Shown in pieces: positions 18,169-28,479 of a stretch of DNA of 64,000 nt. How positions within the stretch are numbered: the first letter of the stretch is position 1; each line of letters starts with the position of its first letter. Source of the stretch: an uncultured virus (IMG/VR IMGVR_UViG_3300044922_001008) (taxonomy: Duplodnaviria > Heunggongvirae > Uroviricota > Caudoviricetes); IMG/VR virus record IMGVR_UViG_3300044922_001008, one strand, 5' to 3'. The position numbers and the translations under genes are program-made. Under the pieces are notes generated by a model. It saw only the letters and a list, made by a program, of their open reading frames with translations, did not search any database and was not told the origin of the DNA.

Positions 18169-19695
18169 ATGTTTAACGAAGAAGAAATAAAAAACATCAA
18201 AGAAAAAGCAGAAACCTTGCTTATTGATAGGTTTTCTTGTGGAAAAGATAGAGATGCAGAACTTCTTGCGACTCAAATCTTAAAAATAGATCCAAATAAT
18301 GCAAAAATAATTCAACTTCTTGGATTGTTGAAACACAAACAACAAGATTATGACGCAGCTTTAGATTACTTTAAAAAATCAACATTAATTGAGCCAAATA
18401 ATTTTGAAAATTACAACAACATTGGATTATGCCTCTCTGGTCTTGGTAAATACACCGAAGCGATTAAGGTTTTAGAAAAAGCAAAAACCCTAAGACCAGA
18501 TTTAGATTACATTTATTCTAATCTTGGCTTGCAATATAGAAGCAACAAACAAATAGACAAAGCAATTGCGTGTTTTGAAACTGCTTTAGAAATAAAAGAA
18601 TCGGCAGAATCTTGGAGTATGCTTGGTGGTTGTTATGGAGAAATTAGAGATTTGTATAAAGCGGAAAGTTGTTTTATTGCTGCGATAAAGTTAAATAAAG
18701 ATTCTGCTGCTGCTCATGTTGATTTAGCATCAATATATCAATTTAGAGGTCAATGGAAAGAAGCTTGGTCTGAATATGAATGGAGGTTCAAACTTTACGA
18801 ACAGTCTAAGTTTTGGGATTTTATATTCGATCCAGAAAAAAGGCTTAAATGTGGACAAAACATAAATGATAAAAGAATACTAATCCATTCCGAACAAGGA
18901 ACTGGCGATATGATTCATTTCTTTCGTTATGTTAAATTTATGAAACAAAAGGGTGCTTATATAATCTTACATTGTTGGGAAAGTTTAAAGCCGTTGTTCG
19001 AATCGGAAGTTGATGAAATTTATACAAAAGAACCAGCAGAAATTCCGGGATATAAGCATAGGGATGCTGATTTCGACATGCCAATTCATGATTATCATTG
19101 CTCTATTATAAGCCTACCATACATTCTTGATATGAATTTTATTCCCAATGATCCATATTTAAAATCAACAAAAAAGTTCAATACAGAAGATTATAAAGAT
19201 AATTTCAAAATTGGAATTGTTTGGGCTGGAAATCCTCAGCATCCAAATGACAAATACAGATCTTGTAAATTAAAAGATTTTAAGAAAATACACGACATTC
19301 CTCATGTCAAATTATTTAACTTACAAAAAGATATGCGTCCTAGAATGTATCGTTTTGAAGATGAGCCTGTAGATTTAACAGATGGTGCAGATAATTTTAA
19401 AATTGTAGATGCATCTGAATTTCAAAAAGATTATGATTATACGGCTTCGATTATTGAGGCGATGGATTTGATTATTACTGTCGATACTTCAATATTGCAT
19501 TTGGCTGGTTCATTGGGAAAGCCAACATTTGCCTTGATTTCTTGGAATGGTGATTGGAGATGGAAGTTAGATGGTACAAAAACTGAATGGTATCCATCCG
19601 TAAAGTTATTTAGGCAGAAAAATCTCAATGATTGGGATTATGTTTTTGAAGAAATTTACGAAGAAATCATGAGGTCACATGAAAACAGTTTATAG
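18169..19695 (+). CDS. TPR-repeat protein fused to a GT-B (GT9-like) glycosyltransferase
   Basis: Multiple TPRs; EQGTGDMIHF.RY, IGIVWAGNP.H..D..RS, DLIITVDTS..HLAG, WRW...WYPSVKLFRQ. Confidence 0.88.
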   Translation: MFNEEEIKNIKEKAETLLIDRFSCGKDRDAELLATQILKIDPNNAKIIQLLGLLKHKQQDYDAALDYFKKSTLIEPNNFENYNNIGLCLSGLGKYTEAIKVLEKAKTLRPDLDYIYSNLGLQYRSNKQIDKAIACFETALEIKESAESWSMLGGCYGEIRDLYKAESCFIAAIKLNKDSAAAHVDLASIYQFRGQWKEAWSEYEWRFKLYEQSKFWDFIFDPEKRLKCGQNINDKRILIHSEQGTGDMIHFFRYVKFMKQKGAYIILHCWESLKPLFESEVDEIYTKEPAEIPGYKHRDADFDMPIHDYHCSIISLPYILDMNFIPNDPYLKSTKKFNTEDYKDNFKIGIVWAGNPQHPNDKYRSCKLKDFKKIHDIPHVKLFNLQKDMRPRMYRFEDEPVDLTDGADNFKIVDASEFQKDYDYTASIIEAMDLIITVDTSILHLAGSLGKPTFALISWNGDWRWKLDGTKTEWYPSVKLFRQKNLNDWDYVFEEIYEEIMRSHENSL

Positions 19696-20530
19696 AATTA
19701 GCGATAATGGATATGTGAAGCCAAAACTTCCCGGAGCAACCAAATTGCTTTGTCTTGAAAACTTTTTAGAAACATTTGGAAAAATTGATTATTTAATAGC
19801 TGACAATTGCTCGAATGAAACAATTGAAAAAATTTCTACTGTGGCGGAGCAATTCCATGTAACCAAACTTGGTAATGCACCTTCATTTATTTATTCTGTC
19901 GATATTCTTGCTAAAGAAGGTATAGAAAATGATGAACTAATTTATTTTGTTGAAGATGATTATCTCCATCATCCAAACAGTAAAAGTACTTTAGAAAATG
20001 CACTCAATCTAGCTGATTATTTGACTCTTTTTGATCATCCTGACAAATATTCTAGAATGTATAGTTGTGGAGAAACAAGCAAGGTACAACGAGTTAAAAA
20101 TCAACATTGGAAAACCTCTGTCAGTACCACCATGACATTTGCCTGTAAGTATAAAACTATTAAAGATGATTTTTTTAGGGTTTTCAAAAAGTTTTGTGTC
20201 AATTTTCATCCAAATGATCACGAGATTTTTGAGCGTTTGCAAAAAACATATAAAAGAAAATTAATGGTTTGCATACCGGGACTTTCATTCCATACAGATG
20301 TTACCACATATATTATGAATGTTGATTCTCTTTCCGAAAGCATGGATAGTTGGGCAGTTGATTATATAATAGAAAAAATGAAGGTTCTTATTTTTAAAAC
20401 AAATGATGGCGACTTAGTAGAAGAGCTTGAAGTATTGATAAGAACAAAAAATCGTGATTACTCAGTCTCAAATAATTTGGCATATTTAGAAAATTTATCT
20501 ACGATATATGAAAAAAGAAAATTAAAATAA
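19679..20530 (+). CDS. Glycosyltransferase-like (GT-A) protein
   Basis: YRISD, IADN, LGNA.SF, IYFVEDDYLH, DHPDKY, STTMTFA. Confidence 0.65.
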   Translation: MKTVYRISDNGYVKPKLPGATKLLCLENFLETFGKIDYLIADNCSNETIEKISTVAEQFHVTKLGNAPSFIYSVDILAKEGIENDELIYFVEDDYLHHPNSKSTLENALNLADYLTLFDHPDKYSRMYSCGETSKVQRVKNQHWKTSVSTTMTFACKYKTIKDDFFRVFKKFCVNFHPNDHEIFERLQKTYKRKLMVCIPGLSFHTDVTTYIMNVDSLSESMDSWAVDYIIEKMKVLIFKTNDGDLVEELEVLIRTKNRDYSVSNNLAYLENLSTIYEKRKLK

Positions 20531-21160
20531 AAAATTATTAGAGAATAATTTTAGCTTATCTAATGATTGCTTTTGATTTATCAAAGGCAATATAATGATT
20601 GGATTTTTTATGGTGTTTATATTTTCAATGGCAGATTCAATTGCTTGTTTTATGGAACAATACATAAAATGAGAATCTATTTTTAAATAAGATGGATTGA
20701 AGCAGACCAATATCTCAATTATTGTTTTTTCTAATTCTCTAAACAATATTTGATTACCTTCATTGCCAATAAGATCGATGTTCAAAAACCAATTAAATGA
20801 CTCATCGTCATAATCCAAAGCCAAATGTTTAAGTCCTGATTTTTTATGAATTTCTATATAATCTTCTATTTGGCTTAGAAACAATGGGTTTTCTGAGTTT
20901 TTTGATTTATAAATTTCATAAAGATAAGCAATGATTGATTTGAATGAAAAGATGACAATTTTTTTTGATTTCATATCTTTGCGAAAACAAAAGCTGCAAA
21001 AAAATTCATCATCAACAATACTTTTGGGAATTTTTTGTACCATATCATGATTTATTAGCACTTGTTTTGAGCAAACTGTGCAATTTTTATAGAATTCATC
21101 AGATAATTCTTCTTTCATTTTTTGTTCGACTGGAAAAATTTCGATTTTATACTCATACAT
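20522..21160 (-). CDS. Hypothetical protein with zinc finger
   Basis: CTVC...CSFC. Confidence 0.65.
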   Translation of the reverse strand: MYEYKIEIFPVEQKMKEELSDEFYKNCTVCSKQVLINHDMVQKIPKSIVDDEFFCSFCFRKDMKSKKIVIFSFKSIIAYLYEIYKSKNSENPLFLSQIEDYIEIHKKSGLKHLALDYDDESFNWFLNIDLIGNEGNQILFRELEKTIIEILVCFNPSYLKIDSHFMYCSIKQAIESAIENINTIKNPIIILPLINQKQSLDKLKLFSNNFLF

Positions 21161-21342
21161 AATAAAACCCCTTCTTCTTAGCTTGCTAAGTTTTGAAGAT
21201 AAATGGTTTATGGTCAGATGTCAACGATTATAGACCAAGATGGCTGATATATTTTAAAAATTTTTGAGATCAGAACCCTAAATAGAGCATATGATCTTAG
21301 GCTGGCTAATGTCAGTTAAAATGAAATTTAAAGAGGTTAACT

Positions 21343-21591
21343 ATGAAGTCTTTTATTGAATTTTGTCAGGAAACGAAAAAAGAATTGCCCGTTTACGATT
21401 TGTCAGAAAAGACAACTAGGGGCGGGATTATGAGTTGGGCTTATCCAGATGCATATATCAGAAGCCACTATCCAGCAGCTTATTTTATGCCAACATCCGC
21501 TGATGCGGTTCAAAAAATGGGTAAAAAAGTTGACGATAGTAAAGTTGATCATGGACAGTTCAAGTATAAAAATCATGACAATCTTGACTAA
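21343..21591 (+). CDS. Hypothetical protein with capsid-targeting-like N-terminus
   Basis: GAGG Shine-Dalgarno; MKSFIEFCQE; terminator follows. Confidence 0.75.
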   Translation: MKSFIEFCQETKKELPVYDLSEKTTRGGIMSWAYPDAYIRSHYPAAYFMPTSADAVQKMGKKVDDSKVDHGQFKYKNHDNLD

Positions 21592-21607
21592 GATACATCT
21601 GATCAAC

Positions 21608-21645
21608 AAAAAAACCTCTCTTGAATTAACTTGAGAGGTTTTTTT
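21608..21645. terminator. Bidirectional rho-independent terminator
   Basis: AAAAAAACCTCTC...GAGAGGTTTTTTT. Confidence 0.8.
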
Positions 21646-21649
21646 GTTT

Positions 21650-21976
21650 TTAGTTTTTTGCATTTTTCAGTCTGTGTTTATGATCTTCTTCGGTTGTTGT
21701 ATGTTTTTTCTTGGGAATTAAATCTAGATGATTTTCCCAATAACCCCACATTTCTTCATTTTGAGGGCATTGAAAAATCATACCTCTGTTAAAATATTTT
21801 TGAATAATTTCTTCAACCCTTTGTTTTGATAGATTTGCTTCTTTAGATAATTGTGCGACACTTCTCCATTTCCACTTCGAATGTCTAGATATAGCAATGA
21901 AAAAACCTTGTTCTTCATCACCTTCTTTTGTTCCTTGAGGATAAACCTGTGTCCAATTTTTAATTTTATGAGCCAT
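21650..21976 (-). CDS. Winged-HTH-like protein
   Basis: WRSVAQLSKEANLSKQRVEEIIQKYFNRGMI. Confidence 0.65.
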   Translation of the reverse strand: MAHKIKNWTQVYPQGTKEGDEEQGFFIAISRHSKWKWRSVAQLSKEANLSKQRVEEIIQKYFNRGMIFQCPQNEEMWGYWENHLDLIPKKKHTTTEEDHKHRLKNAKN

Positions 21977-22090
21977 AATTAAACCTTTTAAATAAAAAAC
22001 AAATACAAAATATTATAGTTGATTTCTTTTTATAAAAAACAATTTTCTTAAAGATACTAGATTAATTGACACCAACCAAAAGGAAAAGTC

Positions 22091-22522
22091 ATGCCAAAAC
22101 CAAGAAGACTCACAAAAGAAGAAAAAATTCAGAAAAGAGAAAATAGTTTTAAAGGTACTGGACTCTATATTTATGAGAACAATACTGATGGCTATTTAAC
22201 TTTACCAAAACCAGCAAGTGATGGTCGAAAAGTAATTCCGCCTCGTGGCAAATTCAATGGTGATAGTTATTTTATGCAGCTTGTAAAACCTCCATCAAAC
22301 TTATTGCGTTTTATGGAAGAAATAAAAGAGGAGAAAAAAATGACAGAACAGAAACTTATTCTTGATCAACCTGATACCGTAACTGCAAAGGGAACTATCG
22401 AACATGTTGTCGATAACAATGTTCCTTCGCAACGAATCAATGATTCTGTAGATAATACTAAAAAACCAGATGTTCTTTTGAACGAAAGTCCAATTGATGG
22501 TCTAGAAATCATTAAGGCTTAA
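22091..22522 (+). CDS. Hypothetical protein
   Basis: AGGA Shine-Dalgarno, 143 aa. Confidence 0.7.
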   Translation: MPKPRRLTKEEKIQKRENSFKGTGLYIYENNTDGYLTLPKPASDGRKVIPPRGKFNGDSYFMQLVKPPSNLLRFMEEIKEEKKMTEQKLILDQPDTVTAKGTIEHVVDNNVPSQRINDSVDNTKKPDVLLNESPIDGLEIIKA

Positions 22523-22533
22523 TTGCAAAACAG

Positions 22534-22583
22534 TTGTTCAAAATTGTCTAAAACTCAAATATATTTTAGACAATTTTGAACAA
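22534..22583. repeat. Perfect 20-bp inverted repeat with 10-nt loop
   Basis: TTGTTCAAAATTGTCTAAAA-N10-TTTTAGACAATTTTGAACAA. Confidence 0.9.
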
Positions 22584-22702
22584 TATAGCGTTTGATGAAC
22601 AAATGTATACATAAATTTCTCTAAAAAATTACATTTTAAATAACATTATCTTGTCGATATTTGTAAATAACTTCATAGAAGATTTTTCTTTAGTGAGGTT
22701 AT

Positions 22703-23215
22703 ATGGCAGAAAATATACGCTGGATAGCCCAAAAGAATCTTTACTCTTGTGGTCCTATTGCCATTTTAAACACATTAAAATGGATTGGATTTCCCATAAG
22801 CTATAAGCAAAATTATAAATTTTGGAAGAAAAAATGTCGTTGCACAGAAGGTGGAACACATCAACACTACTTTCAAATATGCCTAAACAATATTAAAAAC
22901 GCAACAATCATTTCGAAAAATCTTCCAACCATAGCATTAATCGAACAAGCTTTGGCATCTGAGCAAATTATAATTATGAAGTCTTCTTATGTTCTTGATA
23001 AAAGAAAAATAGAAGGACATTTCTTTATAATATCAAATATGACAGATGAACAGTTTTTCTGCGTAAATGTAGAAGGCAAACATATGTGGTACAATAAAAA
23101 ATTATTTGCTCAGTATTATTTGCAATACCACAGGGCTTATTGTGACTTTTGTGGAACTTCAAATTTTTGTGGAGTTTCGCCATATGCTTGGTTTGTAAAA
23201 AAACAATATGTTTAA
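22703..23215 (+). CDS. C39-like cysteine peptidase
   Basis: Q....SCGPIAILN, GT, GHFFII. Confidence 0.7.
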   Translation: MAENIRWIAQKNLYSCGPIAILNTLKWIGFPISYKQNYKFWKKKCRCTEGGTHQHYFQICLNNIKNATIISKNLPTIALIEQALASEQIIIMKSSYVLDKRKIEGHFFIISNMTDEQFFCVNVEGKHMWYNKKLFAQYYLQYHRAYCDFCGTSNFCGVSPYAWFVKKQYV

Positions 23216-23639
23216 GGGAACGATGATAATTTCAAAATTAAATGAAGAATCAATAGATCAGAATTTTATTGATACCATTTCAACCTTTCGCCCCTGCATA
23301 ATTTCAGTGTCTGAGGCAAAAGAAATATATCGCTCACTTCCAATCAATATTGAGATATATATTGCTAAAGATTTAAACAAAACAATAGCTTCTGGAACAC
23401 TCATGATAGAACAGAAGTTTATTCACAATGGCGGAAAAGTTGCTCACATAGAAGATATTATTGTTCATCCAAACTATCGTGGTCGTGGAATTGGAAAATT
23501 ACTCATAGAACACCTGCTATTTGAAGCCGATAAAAAAAATTGCTACAAAACTATCTTAGATTGCGATGAAAGTGTAAGTGTATTTTACGAAAAATTTGGC
23601 TTTAAAAAATCTTCTTTACAAATGCGTAAAGATTCATGA
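23208..23639 (+). CDS. Glucosamine-6-phosphate N-acetyltransferase (GNA1-like GNAT)
   Basis: IEQKFIHNGGKVAHIEDIIV...RGRGIGK, CYKTILDC, FYEKFGF. Confidence 0.85.
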   Translation: MFKGTMIISKLNEESIDQNFIDTISTFRPCIISVSEAKEIYRSLPINIEIYIAKDLNKTIASGTLMIEQKFIHNGGKVAHIEDIIVHPNYRGRGIGKLLIEHLLFEADKKNCYKTILDCDESVSVFYEKFGFKKSSLQMRKDS

Positions 23640-23649
23640 GGAATAAAAT

Positions 23650-24399
23650 ATGAAGGGCGTTATTCTAGCTGGTGGTCTTGGAACCCGTCTCATGCCTCTT
23701 ACTAAAGTTACAAACAAATGCTTATTGCCAGTTTACAATAAGCCAATGATTTATTATCCAATAGAAACATTTGTAAACAGTGGCATTACAGACATTCTTA
23801 TTGTTTGTGGTGGGAATGCTGCTGGTGAATTTCTTAGAATTCTTGGGAATGGCGAAGCATTTGGTCTAAAGCATCTACACTATACATATCAGGCAGAACC
23901 AAAAGGCATTGCCGATGCTCTTGGTTTGGCAGAAGAATGGGCGAATAACGAACCTATTGCGGTAATTTTGGCTGATAACATCTTTGAAAATGATGTTGAA
24001 AAATCAGTTCTAGATTTTGAAGAAAATCCAAGTGGTGCAAAAATATTTCTTACGCAGGTAAATAATCCAGAACATTATGGTGTTGTGCAAATAAATTCAA
24101 AAGGCGAAGTCGAAAACATTGAAGAAAAGCCAAAAAATCCAAAGTCAAATTGGATTGCCACTGGTCTTTACATGTACGATTCTTCAGTTTGGAAAATAAT
24201 CAAAGGATTATCGCCATCTGCAAGAAATGAACTTGAAATTACAGATATAAATAAAATGTATTTAAAATTAAAAATGCTAAAAGCAATTGAAGTCGATGGT
24301 TGGTGGATGGATGCTGGAGAAAATATTGATGGGTATATGGAAGCATGTGTAAAAGCTCAAGCAATTACTCAAAAACAAAAACCCAAGTGCCACAAGTAA
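23650..24399 (+). CDS. Sugar-1-phosphate nucleotidyltransferase (RmlA/SpsI-like)
   Basis: GVILAGGLGTRL.P.T...NK.LLPVY.KPMIYYP, EEKP, SARNELEITD. Confidence 0.9.
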   Translation: MKGVILAGGLGTRLMPLTKVTNKCLLPVYNKPMIYYPIETFVNSGITDILIVCGGNAAGEFLRILGNGEAFGLKHLHYTYQAEPKGIADALGLAEEWANNEPIAVILADNIFENDVEKSVLDFEENPSGAKIFLTQVNNPEHYGVVQINSKGEVENIEEKPKNPKSNWIATGLYMYDSSVWKIIKGLSPSARNELEITDINKMYLKLKMLKAIEVDGWWMDAGENIDGYMEACVKAQAITQKQKPKCHK

Positions 24400-24441
24400 A
24401 ACAGATTTCACAATTTGTATAATTTTTACAACAACTACAAA

Positions 24442-24987
24442 TCATTTTGGACCTCTTTTTAAATTAACTGGCTTTAATTTATCTTGATGTCTGTCTGGCT
24501 GATCTTTCAGATGGTGCATCATATTTTTAACTTCTTTTGCAATCTCTGATGCATTATCAGCACATTTTTTAGTTGATTGTACAGATATTGTTTTTCTTTC
24601 TTTGTTGTAAAATCCTTTAGAAATAAGAAAACATTTTTCTTTGTCACTCCAGCTTATAACACCAGTCCATTCTCCGTCATCCCAATTTCTTGAACTAACA
24701 AGTAATCGCAATGGCTTCTCTTCAAATACATGCTTTGTGTGCAATCCCATCTTTTTAAGACCAGCACTGACATAGCCAAGAACTAATTTTGCAAATGCTT
24801 CCATTACATCTTCTTTGTTTGTTCTATAGTCAACATTAATGCTATAGCGAGATGTTTGAGATGATTCGACAAATATTTTTTTAGTTAATTCTTTAGCAGC
24901 AATTGAAAAAACTTCACTTTGAACTTTTTCAAGTTGTGAATGTAATTCTTCGTGATTTTTAACAAGCCATGTTTTGTAATCTACCAT
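24442..24987 (-). CDS. Hypothetical protein
   Basis: Likely start MVDYKTWL just after the stop of the neck gene. Confidence 0.7.
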   Translation of the reverse strand: MVDYKTWLVKNHEELHSQLEKVQSEVFSIAAKELTKKIFVESSQTSRYSINVDYRTNKEDVMEAFAKLVLGYVSAGLKKMGLHTKHVFEEKPLRLLVSSRNWDDGEWTGVISWSDKEKCFLISKGFYNKERKTISVQSTKKCADNASEIAKEVKNMMHHLKDQPDRHQDKLKPVNLKRGPK

Positions 24988-24988
24988 T

Positions 24989-25861
24989 TTAACCCCAACT
25001 TGGACCAAGGATATCGCCAAACTTATTGAGTAACTTTTCTTCCCATTCTTTCTTCTCTTGCAATCCTTCTTGCAAAATAGCCTGACCATCTAATTGAACA
25101 CCGCCATTTGGACCGGGAGGATTTGAAATTTTACTTCGGATTCTACCAAGAATAATTTTTGTAAATGCCAATGCGCCTTCCTGCATTACTTGTGTAACTT
25201 GAGCAAAGTCAGGCTTCTTCTGTAAATAGCGAACAATTACAGGATAAACTCTATATGGAGTTGGATAAATCTTAACATTTTGATATCCGCCCAACCATTC
25301 CCAACCACCTTGTTGTCCAGAAGCTCGGTTATACATATCTTCATATTGCTTGTAAAGTACCCACTCATTCATTTTTCCCCATACTGGAGTTTGTGGGTTT
25401 ACACCACCAGCAATACTACCATACGCACCAGCACCCATATATTCTAATGGTATAACGCCACCTAAATCGGCAGCAGAAAAAGCATATTGTGCTGTTTCTT
25501 TATAAGAAACGCTTCTAACATATCCAATTTCATAAGGCATTTCATAGACTGATTGTCCCGGAACTGTCATGAATGTATAGTACTGAAAATATTCCATTGG
25601 TGCATATTCTTCGAATACTTGTAGTGCGAAGTCAATTGCGTTACTAATTTGCTGATCATCTAATTCTAATGAAATTACTGGTGCGCCAAGCATCGTGAGA
25701 ACATATTCTCTGATTTGTTCTCTAACTTTTAATCTATTTCTTCTTGGTGATATTTTCTTAAGGGGGTCGGTTGGACCAATATCGCTGCAGCCACCACACT
25801 CTGATAAACAGTTGTATTGGTCTGATGTCGGTCTTGGAATATACAATTTATTAGTGTCCAT
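24989..25861 (-). CDS. Neck/head-completion protein (T4 gp13-like)
   Basis: YVLTMLGAPVISLELDDQQI..AID.AL, LGRIRSK...PGPNGGVQLDG. Confidence 0.85.
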   Translation of the reverse strand: MDTNKLYIPRPTSDQYNCLSECGGCSDIGPTDPLKKISPRRNRLKVREQIREYVLTMLGAPVISLELDDQQISNAIDFALQVFEEYAPMEYFQYYTFMTVPGQSVYEMPYEIGYVRSVSYKETAQYAFSAADLGGVIPLEYMGAGAYGSIAGGVNPQTPVWGKMNEWVLYKQYEDMYNRASGQQGGWEWLGGYQNVKIYPTPYRVYPVIVRYLQKKPDFAQVTQVMQEGALAFTKIILGRIRSKISNPPGPNGGVQLDGQAILQEGLQEKKEWEEKLLNKFGDILGPSWG

Positions 25862-25907
25862 ATTACTATATAGATAAAATAATTAGAATCTAAAAGCAGG
25901 TAATAAA

Positions 25908-28184
25908 ATGAAATTTTTAAATTTTATAAAACGAAAAATTTTTAACGAAATGGCAATTATGGGAGATGTTATTCGTCAACCAATTCGCCTAGATAAAGAC
26001 GATATTGAGTTTTTATATCAATTTCCTCCAGAACTTTGGGTTCAAGCAATTAAAAAAAGATATCATGATGATCTTGCAGAAGCTTTAGACGCAAGAGGTA
26101 AGGCAAGACTAAGTGACAAAAATAAGATTAAAGAATTGGCAATTAAATCTATTAGATCTAGAAATTTCAAACAACTCAATGATGATTATCCACAATATTT
26201 TGATGAAAAAACTGTTGACAAATTGCGTAAAGAATACAACAAAATAGAAAAAAAACATTATCAAGATCAAGGTTCAGAAGAATATGAAAAAGCATTGGAA
26301 AATGCTGGGAATGCCATTGCTTATTATGCTGTAGAAAAAATTCATCCTCACGCAGAATTAAAGAATGCTCCTAAAATATATGATTTTAAATTTGGACAAA
26401 AAAAAGTTACAATTACGGCAAAACCATTCATTAATCGGCTTATTCATAAATTAGAAAAAACAAAAGGCGAAGCACATGATAAAGTAGTTGGTCTACATCC
26501 AGATGAACATAGTCACGGACAATATGGTTATGATTTACAAAAGACTTTTTCTGGACATGGTTTACTTCCCGGTGCAACTGAAGGTATGCAATTGATAACC
26601 AAAGATATGGCAGAAGAAGCAATTAAAGAATTATTGAAAGACAATTATCAGCATTATTACGGCAAACTTCCAGATGTTGGCGAAGAGGTAAAATTGCCAG
26701 ATGGAAGCACTAGAAATATAGAAAAAGAAGCTCATGTTGTAAAAAAGTTAGGATCAAAAACACATCGAGAAGACAATACAATCGAAGGCGAAGACAAAAG
26801 AATAAAACTTCCAACATTCAAACAAAAAATTACTATGAATGGCGAAACTATTGAAATTGACATGCCATTCATTATGTCAACAAAATATACCAAATATGTT
26901 GGTCCAAACAAAGGCAATATTGGAAAAAGAAAAGATAGAATTGAAATTGATCCTGATGATTACATGAATATGGCTTCTGAAGCCGGTGTAAGTAGTGGTG
27001 GATCTTTTACATCTAATAAAAATAGAGCCGCAGAAAGAAAAAAAGCATTTGGAGTTGCTGGATCTAAAGAAGAAAGAGAAAAAGTTATTGGAGTAATGGA
27101 AAAGTATGGTCCAGAAAACAAAGATTATCCAGATCTTTATAAAGATATTGTTGCTGGTATTATGCAAGCGATAACGCAAAAAAAATCATATACAGGTATT
27201 AGAGATTGGGAATTTACCATTGCGAAAAATAACATTAAAGAAATTCATGATATGATTTTAAGTAAACTTGAAAATAATATAAGTAACAAAAAATATCATG
27301 GAAAAAATTATAAAGCAAATCAGGCAAGAAGAGATTTTGCAAAAAATGCAACCATTTCAATTCTTGGTCAAAATATACATGGAGGAGAAACAAGAAGATT
27401 ACGAACTTCTCAAATGGATGCTCCAGAAATAATTCCAACATCTTTAAGAACACCAAACCAAGAAGAATTAATTTTAAATCTTGATAAAATGTCAAATGAA
27501 TTATCTGCGACTGGCAGAAAAAGAATTGCTGGTGAATTAGCATTTCCTTACACATACCTCAAAAAAATTGTTAAAAACATTGAGGATGAAAGTGCCGAAG
27601 CAGAAAAAGCAGATAGAATCATAGGACAATCGGCAGACATAGCTCCAGAAGTATTAAAAAAAATATTTGGAGAAAATCATCGTAGAAAAGCACTTTTGAT
27701 TTCTGCTATGAAAGAAGTTTTGGAAAAGCTTATTTTTACAAATTCTGCCGGTACATTAAGTACGCCTAAGTCCGAAGAAGAAGCCAACAAAGTTATTACA
27801 AATCAAATACTTCCTAAAAAAACAATTTCTGCTATGGTGGCTTCTTTCGCTCATTTGACAATGGTTCAAAACGCAATGCGAGAAGAACCAGTTGCTACTA
27901 TTCCAACTAGAGATTTTGAAAATAAACAAAAATATTCTAAATTACCAAAAGACATGCTTGATCCTCGTCAAAGAGCCAAATCAAAAAATTTGCTAGTCTT
28001 GCAATCCGATAAAGATTGGTTGGCACTTACATTTAAGTATAATTTCATGGTTAATGCTGAAATGGGAACTCTATTATCTATAGAGAAATGGATTAATGAT
28101 CAATACACAGCTGGTAAGATTCCTAATCAATATTATGCTCCAGCAATGGCAGAAATAAAGCATTATAAAAATATCAAGAAATAA
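25908..28184 (+). CDS. Large hypothetical protein, candidate internal head protein
   Basis: 758 aa; MKFLNFIKRKIFNEMA. Confidence 0.8.
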   Translation: MKFLNFIKRKIFNEMAIMGDVIRQPIRLDKDDIEFLYQFPPELWVQAIKKRYHDDLAEALDARGKARLSDKNKIKELAIKSIRSRNFKQLNDDYPQYFDEKTVDKLRKEYNKIEKKHYQDQGSEEYEKALENAGNAIAYYAVEKIHPHAELKNAPKIYDFKFGQKKVTITAKPFINRLIHKLEKTKGEAHDKVVGLHPDEHSHGQYGYDLQKTFSGHGLLPGATEGMQLITKDMAEEAIKELLKDNYQHYYGKLPDVGEEVKLPDGSTRNIEKEAHVVKKLGSKTHREDNTIEGEDKRIKLPTFKQKITMNGETIEIDMPFIMSTKYTKYVGPNKGNIGKRKDRIEIDPDDYMNMASEAGVSSGGSFTSNKNRAAERKKAFGVAGSKEEREKVIGVMEKYGPENKDYPDLYKDIVAGIMQAITQKKSYTGIRDWEFTIAKNNIKEIHDMILSKLENNISNKKYHGKNYKANQARRDFAKNATISILGQNIHGGETRRLRTSQMDAPEIIPTSLRTPNQEELILNLDKMSNELSATGRKRIAGELAFPYTYLKKIVKNIEDESAEAEKADRIIGQSADIAPEVLKKIFGENHRRKALLISAMKEVLEKLIFTNSAGTLSTPKSEEEANKVITNQILPKKTISAMVASFAHLTMVQNAMREEPVATIPTRDFENKQKYSKLPKDMLDPRQRAKSKNLLVLQSDKDWLALTFKYNFMVNAEMGTLLSIEKWINDQYTAGKIPNQYYAPAMAEIKHYKNIKK

Positions 28185-28210
28185 ACAGCTACAAAAAATT
28201 TGGAGAAAAT

Positions 28211-28477
28211 ATGTCGAATGGAAATTGGTTTAATTTCATGTCCAACCCGATGGCTCATTACATTAAAAAATCAATGTTTGAACTATTAAAAGAGCGATAT
28301 GGAAAACACGAACAAATAATTGATAGAATTGGAAATTCTCTTACCACCGAAAAAGATATGAAAGATTTTATCGCTATGATGATTGACACCTATGAAGTTG
28401 GGTTCATCAGAGCTATTGACGAACAAAGAGATAAATTAGAAAAACTTGGTTTGGGAGTAAGAATTACAGGAAAATAG
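28211..28477 (+). CDS. Hypothetical protein
   Basis: GGAG Shine-Dalgarno, 88 aa. Confidence 0.7.
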   Translation: MSNGNWFNFMSNPMAHYIKKSMFELLKERYGKHEQIIDRIGNSLTTEKDMKDFIAMMIDTYEVGFIRAIDEQRDKLEKLGLGVRITGK

Positions 28478-28479
28478 AA

